In this document: positions 10,571-16,989 of the stretch, piece by piece | How positions within the stretch are numbered: position 1 is the stretch's first letter | Layout of the letters: each line of letters opens with the position of its first letter | Source: an uncultured virus (IMG/VR IMGVR_UViG_3300010340_000980) | Lineage: Duplodnaviria; Heunggongvirae; Uroviricota; Caudoviricetes | IMG/VR virus record: IMGVR_UViG_3300010340_000980 | Direction: 5' to 3' (one strand) | DNA: 20,000 nucleotides | The notes under the pieces: model-generated | Seen by the model: the letters and a program-made list of their open reading frames with translations, nothing else | Told to the model about the DNA's origin: nothing | Databases searched by the model: none | Position numbers and translations under genes: made by a program

Positions 10571-11428
10571 ATGATAAACGAAGGGAAAGGAATATCAGAT
10601 ATTATTAAGGAAGATGTAGATAAAATATATCAACTATTTTTAGATAATTCATTCTCTACTCATACCTATAAATTTGGTAAAGAAAAGTTAGGATTTAGAG
10701 ACCTAAAAATAAATTTTAATCATCTAAACAACTATTATTCTAATATACAGATTGATAAACTAAATAACATAACCGTTAATATTGGAATACCTACCAATGG
10801 TAAGGAAAAGAGAGTTAAAGAAAATATTACTCATGAATTAACTCATGTTATGGAAATACTTGGCATAGGAAATGACAAAGAATATCCTAAATATAATAGA
10901 ATTAAATTAAGTTTAAGAGAGTTTAAAGATTATCCAATGTCAAAAGCAATGGAATTTTTAACCGATGTATTTTATAAAACATTAGATAATGAGGTTAATG
11001 CTAATGTTGCTCAAACTTATATCTATGTTAAAAGTGATGGTAGATGTTCAAAAGAACAGGCCCTAATTAGATTAAAAGAATGGGAGACCTACAGACTATA
11101 TGATAGTATTAAGAACATAAAATTGGATATATTAGAAAATAAACTGACAAGGGATGAAGTAAATAATTTCAATTCTATACTCATTAAAAATTATGTTAGA
11201 ACAATATCATCAGATAACATAATGATTTGGTTAAATTATTGGTTTAAAATATTTAAGAGAAAGGCGGATATTTTTCTAAAAAATTCAGAAAGAATTTTAG
11301 AAGAAATTCAGGAAGATTGGAAAATATATGAACAATATGTTTCATCTATTCCAAAAGATTATGATAAAGTAATAGATTATTCTCCTTATATCAAAAAATT
11401 TGATGATTTTACAGATGAAGAAAATTAA
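10571..11428 (+). CDS. HExxH zinc-metallopeptidase-like protein, paralog of 9301-10245
   Basis: ITHELTHVME plus NEVNA; N-terminus MINEGKGISD; TAATATATA at 10558-10566. Confidence 0.65.
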   Translation: MINEGKGISDIIKEDVDKIYQLFLDNSFSTHTYKFGKEKLGFRDLKINFNHLNNYYSNIQIDKLNNITVNIGIPTNGKEKRVKENITHELTHVMEILGIGNDKEYPKYNRIKLSLREFKDYPMSKAMEFLTDVFYKTLDNEVNANVAQTYIYVKSDGRCSKEQALIRLKEWETYRLYDSIKNIKLDILENKLTRDEVNNFNSILIKNYVRTISSDNIMIWLNYWFKIFKRKADIFLKNSERILEEIQEDWKIYEQYVSSIPKDYDKVIDYSPYIKKFDDFTDEEN

Positions 11429-11594
11429 AATAGGACTTGATTTAACAAAGGAAACTAAGAAAGTTGATCTTATAGTTCAAGGTGAGACAAATTCTGATAT
11501 GGATAAAATAAAGGAATCAGCAAAAAATGTAGGTTTAGATTTAACTAAAAATCAATCCAGTGTCATTGAATATTCAAGATATTTATATAATTGA
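11415..11594 (+). CDS. small hypothetical protein or fragment
   Basis: MKKIKIGLDLTK...VGLDLTK internal repeat; 3' end overlaps the convergent HTH gene. Confidence 0.4.
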   Translation: MKKIKIGLDLTKETKKVDLIVQGETNSDMDKIKESAKNVGLDLTKNQSSVIEYSRYLYN

Positions 11595-11795
11595 TTTTAA
11601 CATATCATTGAACTCAATATCAATAACTCCATCCAAATCACTATAAATTTCTCTTAAAACCATCTTTAACCTAACCAATTCATCATCCGAAAACAAACCA
11701 TCATTTAGTTTATTTCCAAAAACAACTTTTGACATACCCATTTTTTGAGCCAATAATGTTTGGTTCAATTTCCATTTTTTAATTACTTCTAACAT
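11583..11795 (-). CDS. small XRE-like helix-turn-helix protein linked to the transposase
   Basis: LNQTLLAQKMGMSKVVFGNKL HTH pattern; start overlaps the transposase end. Confidence 0.7.
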   Translation of the reverse strand: MLEVIKKWKLNQTLLAQKMGMSKVVFGNKLNDGLFSDDELVRLKMVLREIYSDLDGVIDIEFNDMLKSII

Positions 11796-12723
11796 TTTTT
11801 AATTCTTTATAGGTTAAACGATTGTTAATATTATTAAGGACATAATCAAATCTATAACTTTCTGAAAATCCACGAGTATTATATCTAAATACAAATTCAT
11901 CAACATATCTCTGTAAATGTTTCTTACTCATAGAGTGATAAATTCCCATTATTCCTCTTTTCAAAATTGCCCAAAATCCTTCAATTGTATTGGTATGAAT
12001 ATCACCTTTAACATATTCTTTACTATTGTGTTTAACAACATTATGATCAAATATTTTAGATAATCCTTTATATCCCAACCATTCGTCAGTATTTAATGGA
12101 TTTCCAACTTCTAAATTTTCATGTATAAACTTCTTTAAGATTTCACCTGATGTTCCATCTACAACATTTGCTCTTAATTCTCCACCTCTTTGTATAATTC
12201 CAACAACAGGAGTTTTGGTTTTCAAACTTCTACCTTGTGTTCCTTTTGTCTTCTTACTTTGATGTTTATTCTTTTCTTGACCACCAATATAAGTTTCATC
12301 TGCTTCACAAGTTCCTTCTAATTTACCAGTTGGTTGATTATTTAATCCTAAACTATGACGAACTCTATGAAGCATAAACCAAGCAGTTTTTTGTGTAAGT
12401 CCTAAATCTTTGTGTAATTGTAAAGAAGATATACCTTTCTTATGAGAAGTTATAAGATAAATAGCAGCAAACCATTTTTGTAGAGATATTTTACTTCCTT
12501 CAAACATTGTTCCAACTCTTACCGAAAATTGCTTCTTACATTTATCACATTTATAGACTTTACCATTACTATATTTAAAAACTTTATCATGCTTACAATC
12601 TTCATAGGGACAGGTTATATTTCCATTCCATCTAATTTGTTCCAAGTAATCTCTACATACTTGTTCATTATTGAAGTATGTAAAAAGTTGGACTAAATTA
12701 TTGAATTTCTGTAAGATTATCAT
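11779..12723 (-). CDS. IS1595-family DDE transposase
   Basis: Zn ribbon (CPYEDC...CDKC), KKGISSLQL/QKTAWFMLHR HTH, catalytic EADETYIGG, TDEWLGY, HTNTIEGFW, and EFVFRYN. Confidence 0.95.
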   Translation of the reverse strand: MIILQKFNNLVQLFTYFNNEQVCRDYLEQIRWNGNITCPYEDCKHDKVFKYSNGKVYKCDKCKKQFSVRVGTMFEGSKISLQKWFAAIYLITSHKKGISSLQLHKDLGLTQKTAWFMLHRVRHSLGLNNQPTGKLEGTCEADETYIGGQEKNKHQSKKTKGTQGRSLKTKTPVVGIIQRGGELRANVVDGTSGEILKKFIHENLEVGNPLNTDEWLGYKGLSKIFDHNVVKHNSKEYVKGDIHTNTIEGFWAILKRGIMGIYHSMSKKHLQRYVDEFVFRYNTRGFSESYRFDYVLNNINNRLTYKELKNVRSN

Positions 12724-12814
12724 ACATATTATATGATAAAATCACGAAAAAGTTTTTACAAATGTAAATAAAATAATTAAACTTTCCTAATTTTATTTAT
12801 ATAATTAATAGGAA

Positions 12815-12840
12815 TTAGGTTAAACAAGTATATAGTTCCC
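12815..12840 (-). repeat. terminal inverted repeat, transposase-proximal end
   Basis: Exact reverse complement of 5391-5416. Confidence 0.92.
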
Positions 12841-12861
12841 ATTATTAATATATAACTTTTT

Positions 12862-13137
12862 ATGAAACATATAAGTAAATTTAATGAAAATTTAGAAAAT
12901 GAACCATATATTATAATATATTTCAATATTAATTTAAAACAAGATGATAATAATCCGGAAGGTGTATTGAAAGGGGAACCAATTAGAGGTATTAAAAATA
13001 TTAAAAAATGGTTTAAAATTATAAATCATCAAAACATGATTCTAACAATGCAAGCCGGTAAAAATATCTATATACAAAAGTATAATTTTGAAAATACGGA
13101 AGATTTGGATAAATGGTTAGAAAACCATCCAGATTAA
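12862..13137 (+). CDS. hypothetical protein (MKHISKFNEN...)
   Basis: 91-aa ORF; TAATATATA at 12846-12854. Confidence 0.75.
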   Translation: MKHISKFNENLENEPYIIIYFNINLKQDDNNPEGVLKGEPIRGIKNIKKWFKIINHQNMILTMQAGKNIYIQKYNFENTEDLDKWLENHPD

Positions 13138-13167
13138 TATTTCTATAATAAAGAAAAATATCACTTA

Positions 13168-13653
13168 ATGCCTAAAGACGATTTAATGAAAAAATGGGCA
13201 CCTATCATAGATTCTATGGGTGTCACAGGATCAAAAGCAGATTGGTTATCTCAATATGCTCAAATGCACTCAAATAATGAATATATAGAAGAAAATACAC
13301 TATCATCAGATACAACAACTGAGTTTCCAAGTTTATTACCAATGGCTATGAAAGTAGCTTCAAAAACAGTAGGTTTAGACTTAGTACAAGTTAAACCATT
13401 ACCAAGTCCATTTATGACTCAAGAAGAAATTGATCGTATCAATAATGAGGTTAAAAAAGAAAACCGAGATGGTAAAATCGATGCACTTATTGAAGGAAAA
13501 GAATATAAAGAAATGAATCCTGAAGAACATCCGGATTGGAAACCAGGTCCAACTGGACGATTATTTTATATGGACTTTAAATACGAATCACAAAATGAAA
13601 AAGAAGATGAATCACCAATTAAAGGAAGAAGAGGACCAAAAAACAAAAATTGA
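13168..13653 (+). CDS. short homolog of the N-terminal region of T4 gp23-like major capsid protein
   Basis: LMKKWAPII, LLPMAMKVASKTVGLDLVQVKPL and GPTGRLFYMDFKY match the gp23-family N-terminal pattern; only 161 aa. Confidence 0.7.
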   Translation: MPKDDLMKKWAPIIDSMGVTGSKADWLSQYAQMHSNNEYIEENTLSSDTTTEFPSLLPMAMKVASKTVGLDLVQVKPLPSPFMTQEEIDRINNEVKKENRDGKIDALIEGKEYKEMNPEEHPDWKPGPTGRLFYMDFKYESQNEKEDESPIKGRRGPKNKN

Positions 13654-13774
13654 TTTACAAGTTTTCAAACCCCCAGGAATTTATGTAAACGAGCCTTGTA
13701 TATCTTTTAAATCATCAAATAGTTATAAAATTTATAAAATTGAAAAAATTTTAAATAGAATCATGAGTGTGTAA
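13595..13774 (+). CDS. small hypothetical protein (59 aa) with FKPPGIYVNE motif
   Basis: Hand-translated ORF below the track cutoff; fills the gap up to the next promoter motif; alternative start at 13607. Confidence 0.4.
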   Translation: MKKKMNHQLKEEEDQKTKIDLQVFKPPGIYVNEPCISFKSSNSYKIYKIEKILNRIMSV

Positions 13775-13788
13775 TATATACACTCATG
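13762..13788 (+). promoter_or_regulatory. hairpin sequestering the GIY-YIG start codon, with the TAATATATA motif at its apex
   Basis: CATGAGTGT (13762-13770) / ACACTCATG (13780-13788); ATG at 13786. Confidence 0.7.
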
Positions 13789-14130
13789 TATAATATTTAC
13801 CTAATTTCATCCACAATAGAAGGTGATACTTGTTATAAAATTGGATATACAAAAAGAAATCCTAGTCAAAGAATTAAAGAAATGAAGACTGGAAATGCTT
13901 CTAATTTAGAATTAGTCGAATCATTTCAATCTAAATGGGGAACTCAAATAGAGTCCAAATTACATAGATTTTTTCAAGACAAAAAAATAAGCGGTGAATG
14001 GTTTAGACTCACCGCTTATGATATTTCACAATTTAAAAAATTGTGTGAACAAACACATAATAGTTTTGAACTGTTATCCGAAAACAACACTTGGTTTCAA
14101 AAATCAAAATTGTATAAAAAGTTTAATTGA
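13786..14130 (+). CDS. GIY-YIG superfamily (T5orf172/MUG113-like) nuclease
   Basis: IYLI...YKIGYT..NPSQRIKEMKTGN...E..LH...GEWF. Confidence 0.85.
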   Translation: MYNIYLISSTIEGDTCYKIGYTKRNPSQRIKEMKTGNASNLELVESFQSKWGTQIESKLHRFFQDKKISGEWFRLTAYDISQFKKLCEQTHNSFELLSENNTWFQKSKLYKKFN

Positions 14131-14443
14131 CTTTTACAAATTCAGAACTTTCAATAGCCTTATCAATCCATCGATTCAAAAATGATCCTTTGATCTCATT
14201 ATCAAAAGGAGTAGTTCCTAAATCATCAGATAGTTTAAGACCTTCTTTAATATACTCACTTATTGAATCTTCAAATCCAGTTTGAGAATACATCCTAAAA
14301 TTATCCTCAACAGTTGAAATTGGAAATTGATATAATCCACTTTCCAATTGCACCTGATAGTATAAATTACCAGATATATAATGACTAAATTTAGCCATCA
14401 CTTTACTTTTTAAAAGTTCTTTTTTTACTTCATTTGAATTCAT
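14123..14443 (-). CDS. hypothetical protein
   Basis: 106-aa ORF adjacent to and co-oriented with 14446-14778. Confidence 0.75.
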   Translation of the reverse strand: MNSNEVKKELLKSKVMAKFSHYISGNLYYQVQLESGLYQFPISTVEDNFRMYSQTGFEDSISEYIKEGLKLSDDLGTTPFDNEIKGSFLNRWIDKAIESSEFVKVN

Positions 14444-14445
14444 AT

Positions 14446-14778
14446 TTATATTTTATTTATAGTTGGATATTTAGAATCCAATTCATCAATTACACTGAAA
14501 GGTGATCCACCCACTCCAGAATATTTAATATTTTCAAAACCATTTTCTTCTGTAATCATAGAATCTTTCTCATTGATTGCTCCTGTGAATTTATCAAAAC
14601 CTTTCTTGTTTTCGATTTTACCAGTTGACGGATTATAAGAACCCCAATCAGCAGGTCTATCAGGACCAATAGGTTCTATAAAATAAGTTTTACCAGTTCT
14701 ATACGAATTTACAATAAATCTACCCGTTTCATCACGATTAGTTAAAAAATTCTTCCTAAACTCTAACATATTTTTCAT
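14446..14778 (-). CDS. hypothetical protein
   Basis: 110-aa ORF starting directly downstream of the last tRNA. Confidence 0.8.
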   Translation of the reverse strand: MKNMLEFRKNFLTNRDETGRFIVNSYRTGKTYFIEPIGPDRPADWGSYNPSTGKIENKKGFDKFTGAINEKDSMITEENGFENIKYSGVGGSPFSVIDELDSKYPTINKI

Positions 14779-14799
14779 AATTAATTTTATTTTTTTTAG

Positions 14800-14871
14800 T
14801 AGCGATACCAGGAATCGAACCTGGTCCTCAAGGATATGAGCCGAGTGAGCTTGCCGTTACACCATATCGCC
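14800..14871 (-). tRNA. tRNA-Met(CAT), weak anticodon stem
   Basis: GGCGATA/TATCGCT acceptor, loop CT-CAT-AT, T arm CCAGG-TTCGATT-CCTGG; two mismatches in the anticodon stem; Met versus Ile2 identity unresolved. Confidence 0.7.
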
Positions 14872-14876
14872 ATTTG

Positions 14877-14957
14877 TGCCAAGAGTGGGACTCGAACCCA
14901 CAAACCTTCAGGAACAGAGGTTTGAGCTCTGCGCGTTTACCATTTCACCATCTTGGC
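14877..14957 (-). tRNA. tRNA-Leu(CAA)
   Basis: GCCAAGA/TCTTGGC; CAGAG-CTCAAAC-CTCTG; variable arm. Confidence 0.92.
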
Positions 14958-14962
14958 ATTTG

Positions 14963-15034
14963 TTCCAATGACCAGAGTTGAACTGGTGTCTCACCGATAC
15001 CAACGGTGTGTAATTGCCGTTATACGACATTGGA
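14963..15034 (-). tRNA. tRNA-Thr(GGT)
   Basis: TCCAATG/CATTGGA; CACCG-TTGGTAT-CGGTG. Confidence 0.88.
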
Positions 15035-15039
15035 ATTTG

Positions 15040-15113
15040 TAGTCCTGACCGGGTTCGAACCGATGACCTCTTGGATGTCGACCAAGCGCTCTAACCATCT
15101 GAGCTACAGGACT
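15040..15113 (-). tRNA. tRNA-Val(GAC)
   Basis: AGTCCTG/CAGGACT; CTTGG-TCGACAT-CCAAG (C at position 33). Confidence 0.9.
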
Positions 15114-15116
15114 ATT

Positions 15117-15830
15117 TTAATAACTTTTTCCTTCTTTATATCTTTCTCTTCTTTTATGTCTTCCTTTTCCTCTATTTAATGCTTTATATGTTGGTGTTAA
15201 TGAGTGGCAATTTGGACATAATAACTCAAGATTATCAAGATTATTATTTTCTGAATTACCATCTATATGTTCAAGTTCTATTGGAACTTTATTTGTTATA
15301 GGATTTTTCTCACACCATCCACACCTCATACATTTTTCACCATATATCTCAATTAGAAATCTTTTAGCCATTTTTGAACCATGATTTACACCATTTCTAA
15401 TTTCATCAAATTTAATTTTTCTTTCCAGATTTCTTTGACATTTTATAGAACAGTATTTTCTTTTTAAGAACATATAATTTCTATCAATTTCATATTCCGA
15501 ATTACAGCTTTCACAAATTCGAAATATTTTCTTATCTTTTTCTATCAGAGAATTATCTTTGTTTATTTTTTCATCACTTTCTTTTAGATTTAGAAAAGTT
15601 CTCGAACAGCTCATTGAACAAAACTTTCTTTCTTCACTTATTAGACAATCAAATTCTTTATTACATTGTGAACATATCTTTTTCTCTCTTTTTAATTCAT
15701 TATATTTTGATTTTAATTTATATTTTGATTTTATTCTAACAACCGAAGATCTCGAAATATTCAAAATGTCCGCGATTTCATTATTAGTCAATCCTTGATC
15801 CAATAGATTTTCTAAAATTTGAATTTTCAT
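15117..15830 (-). CDS. free-standing HNH homing endonuclease with N-terminal HTH and Cys zinc fingers
   Basis: GLTNNEIADILNISRSSV HTH; CxxC...CSxxC repeats; ELEHIDGNSENNNLDNLELLCPNCHS; TAATATATA at 15856-15848. Confidence 0.9.
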   Translation of the reverse strand: MKIQILENLLDQGLTNNEIADILNISRSSVVRIKSKYKLKSKYNELKREKKICSQCNKEFDCLISEERKFCSMSCSRTFLNLKESDEKINKDNSLIEKDKKIFRICESCNSEYEIDRNYMFLKRKYCSIKCQRNLERKIKFDEIRNGVNHGSKMAKRFLIEIYGEKCMRCGWCEKNPITNKVPIELEHIDGNSENNNLDNLELLCPNCHSLTPTYKALNRGKGRHKRRERYKEGKSY

Positions 15831-15882
15831 ATTTTAATTTTTTATTTTATATATTAAAAATATGAGCCTCCCGTCAAAATAG

Positions 15883-15963
15883 AGCCAAGAGCCGGATTCG
15901 AACCGGCGATGTTTGTGTTCCTCATTACAAGTGAGGTGGAGTCAACCGCTGTCCCATCTTGGC
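15883..15963 (-). tRNA. tRNA-Thr(TGT) with 12-nt variable region
   Basis: GCCAAGA/TCTTGGC; CCTCA-CTTGTAA-TGAGG; GCCGG-TTCGAAT-CCGGC. Confidence 0.85.
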
Positions 15964-15967
15964 GTTA

Positions 15968-16080
15968 ATGGAGGAAAGTTCTAAAAGTGGTTTATACTGA
16001 GGGATTTGAACCCTCTTTTATTGTGTTTAAGACAATTGTGTTAACCATTTCACGAAGTAACACTTTTAATTACCATCCAT
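15968..16080 (-). ncRNA. stem-closed ncRNA with embedded tRNA-like cloverleaf (TAA loop); Y-RNA-like candidate
   Basis: Outer stems ATGGA/TCCAT and TAAAAGTG/CACTTTTA enclose D-, anticodon- and T-like arms; 5' motif shared with 16340-16420. Confidence 0.6.
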
Positions 16081-16083
16081 TTG

Positions 16084-16166
16084 AGGTACTAACTGGATTC
16101 GAACCAGTGTGAGTGGTTTTGCAGACCACTGCCTTCCGTCTTATGACACCACTCGGCCATAGTACC
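16084..16166 (-). tRNA. tRNA-Cys(GCA) with enlarged D loop
   Basis: GGTACTA/TAGTACC, U73; GTGGT-CTGCAAA-ACCAC; D loop holds an extra GTC-ATAA-GAC hairpin. Confidence 0.85.
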
Positions 16167-16172
16167 TTGTTG

Positions 16173-16247
16173 TTGGAATAGTAGGATTTGAACCTACGAC
16201 ATTTCGCGTATCAGGCGAACGCTCTCACCAGGCTGAGCTATATTCCA
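16173..16247 (-). tRNA. tRNA-Ile(GAT)
   Basis: TGGAATA/TATTCCA; TTCGC-CTGATAC-GCGAA. Confidence 0.92.
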
Positions 16248-16252
16248 ATTTG

Positions 16253-16336
16253 TAGGTCCACCCGGATTCGAACCGGGGTTAACTTCTCGTCTCCACTTTG
16301 TAAGAGTGGGATGTTTTACCACTACACCATGGACCT
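16253..16336 (-). tRNA. tRNA-Val(TAC) with 15-nt variable region
   Basis: AGGTCCA/TGGACCT; CCACT-CTTACAA-AGTGG; CCCGG-TTCGAAT-CCGGG. Confidence 0.85.
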
Positions 16337-16339
16337 ATT

Positions 16340-16420
16340 AAGGAAAGAAAACCTTAGAAGAGTATATTTTGAGCAAATATTAAAAATCAGCGAAGTAACT
16401 CTTTCTAATTACCATTCCTT
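16340..16420 (-). ncRNA. second, shorter stem-closed ncRNA of the same family
   Basis: AAGGAATGGTAATTAGAAAGAGTTACTTCG...ACTCTTCTAAGGTTTTCTTTCCTT; stems covary with 15968-16080. Confidence 0.55.
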
Positions 16421-16423
16421 TTG

Positions 16424-16504
16424 TCGGCGTGACTGGGATTGAACCAGCATTTTCACTTACCAATTACCCGTAGCAATCTTATCAGGATTGAGGGTTACAC
16501 GCCG
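16424..16504 (-). tRNA. atypical tRNA-like gene, anticodon GAT (Ile), rearranged D region
   Basis: CGGCGTG/CACGCCG acceptor; CAATC-CTGATAA-GATTG arm only 7 nt after it; TAATTGG element 3' of the anticodon arm; T arm GCTGG-TTCAATC-CCAGT. Confidence 0.7.
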
Positions 16505-16530
16505 TTTTGTTCCAACTGGAACACTTTTTG

Positions 16531-16603
16531 CGGGTCAGGTGGGTAACGATCCCACTCTCCTCGGTTTAACAGACCGCCGCTGTACCATACTAGCTTCTGA
16601 CCC
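16531..16603 (-). tRNA. tRNA-Asn(GTT)
   Basis: GGGTCAG/CTGACCC, G73; CGGT-CTGTTAA-ACCG; atypical T loop ATCGTTA. Confidence 0.82.
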
Positions 16604-16617
16604 TTGTATTCTTTTTG

Positions 16618-16704
16618 AGGACAGGGTGGGATTCGAACCCACGATGGAACTTTCATTCACCAGATTAACAGTCTGGACTTTTCGGCCACTAAAGCAACCC
16701 ATCC
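16618..16704 (-). tRNA. tRNA with Asn anticodon (GTT) and type II long variable arm
   Basis: GGATGGG/CCTGTCC, U73; CCAGA-CTGTTAA-TCTGG; GAAT-GAAA-GTTC variable arm. Confidence 0.82.
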
Positions 16705-16709
16705 TTTTG

Positions 16710-16782
16710 TAGCCCCTGCGGGATTCGAACCCACATTCTCGCTTTAGAAGAGCGATGTCCTGTCCAGTTGGACGAAGGAGCC
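16710..16782 (-). tRNA. tRNA-Arg(TCT)
   Basis: GGCTCCT/AGGGGCT; TCGCT-CTTCTAA-AGCGA. Confidence 0.92.
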
Positions 16783-16837
16783 ATATTTGGGTTTTTACAA
16801 TACCTTTCGGATATTTTCAGTCCCAACTCTGTTTTTG

Positions 16838-16926
16838 TACACTAGAAGGGATTCGAACCCCCATTTGATACTATCGCATCTCCAATTACGTATAAGGAGG
16901 TAGAAGCTCCCCTCGGATACTAGTGC
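16838..16926 (-). tRNA. atypical tRNA-like gene, anticodon TCT (Arg), rearranged D region
   Basis: GCACTAG/CTAGTGT acceptor; GGGAG-CTTCTAC-CTCCT; TAATTGG element after the anticodon arm; GGGGG-TTCGAAT-CCCTT. Confidence 0.7.
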
Positions 16927-16989
16927 ATTTTTATTTTTTAACGGGTTTAAGTTTCACAACTAAACCCGACCAGGATTAATTCCTGTTAG

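Larger units (their letters stand above)
5391..12840 (-). mobile_element. IS1595-family transposon with ~6 kb of passenger DNA (7,450 bp)
   Basis: 26-bp perfect TIRs GGGAACTATATACTTGTTTAACCTAA (5391-5416; reverse complement 12815-12840); 8-bp direct repeat ATTATTAA on both flanks (5383-5390, 12841-12848); IS1595 transposase inside the right end. Confidence 0.9.

Noticed and set aside
15117..15830. Group I intron hosting the HNH gene
   Set aside because: Flanking tRNAs are complete and there is no room for a ribozyme core.
15883..15963. Reading this gene as tRNA-Tyr(GTA) because of its long variable region
   Set aside because: The 5-bp stem CCTCA/TGAGG fixes a 7-nt loop centred on TGT.
16509..16522. 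Palindrome GTTCCA-AC-TGGAAC
   Set aside because: Single short inverted repeat with no second copy or context.
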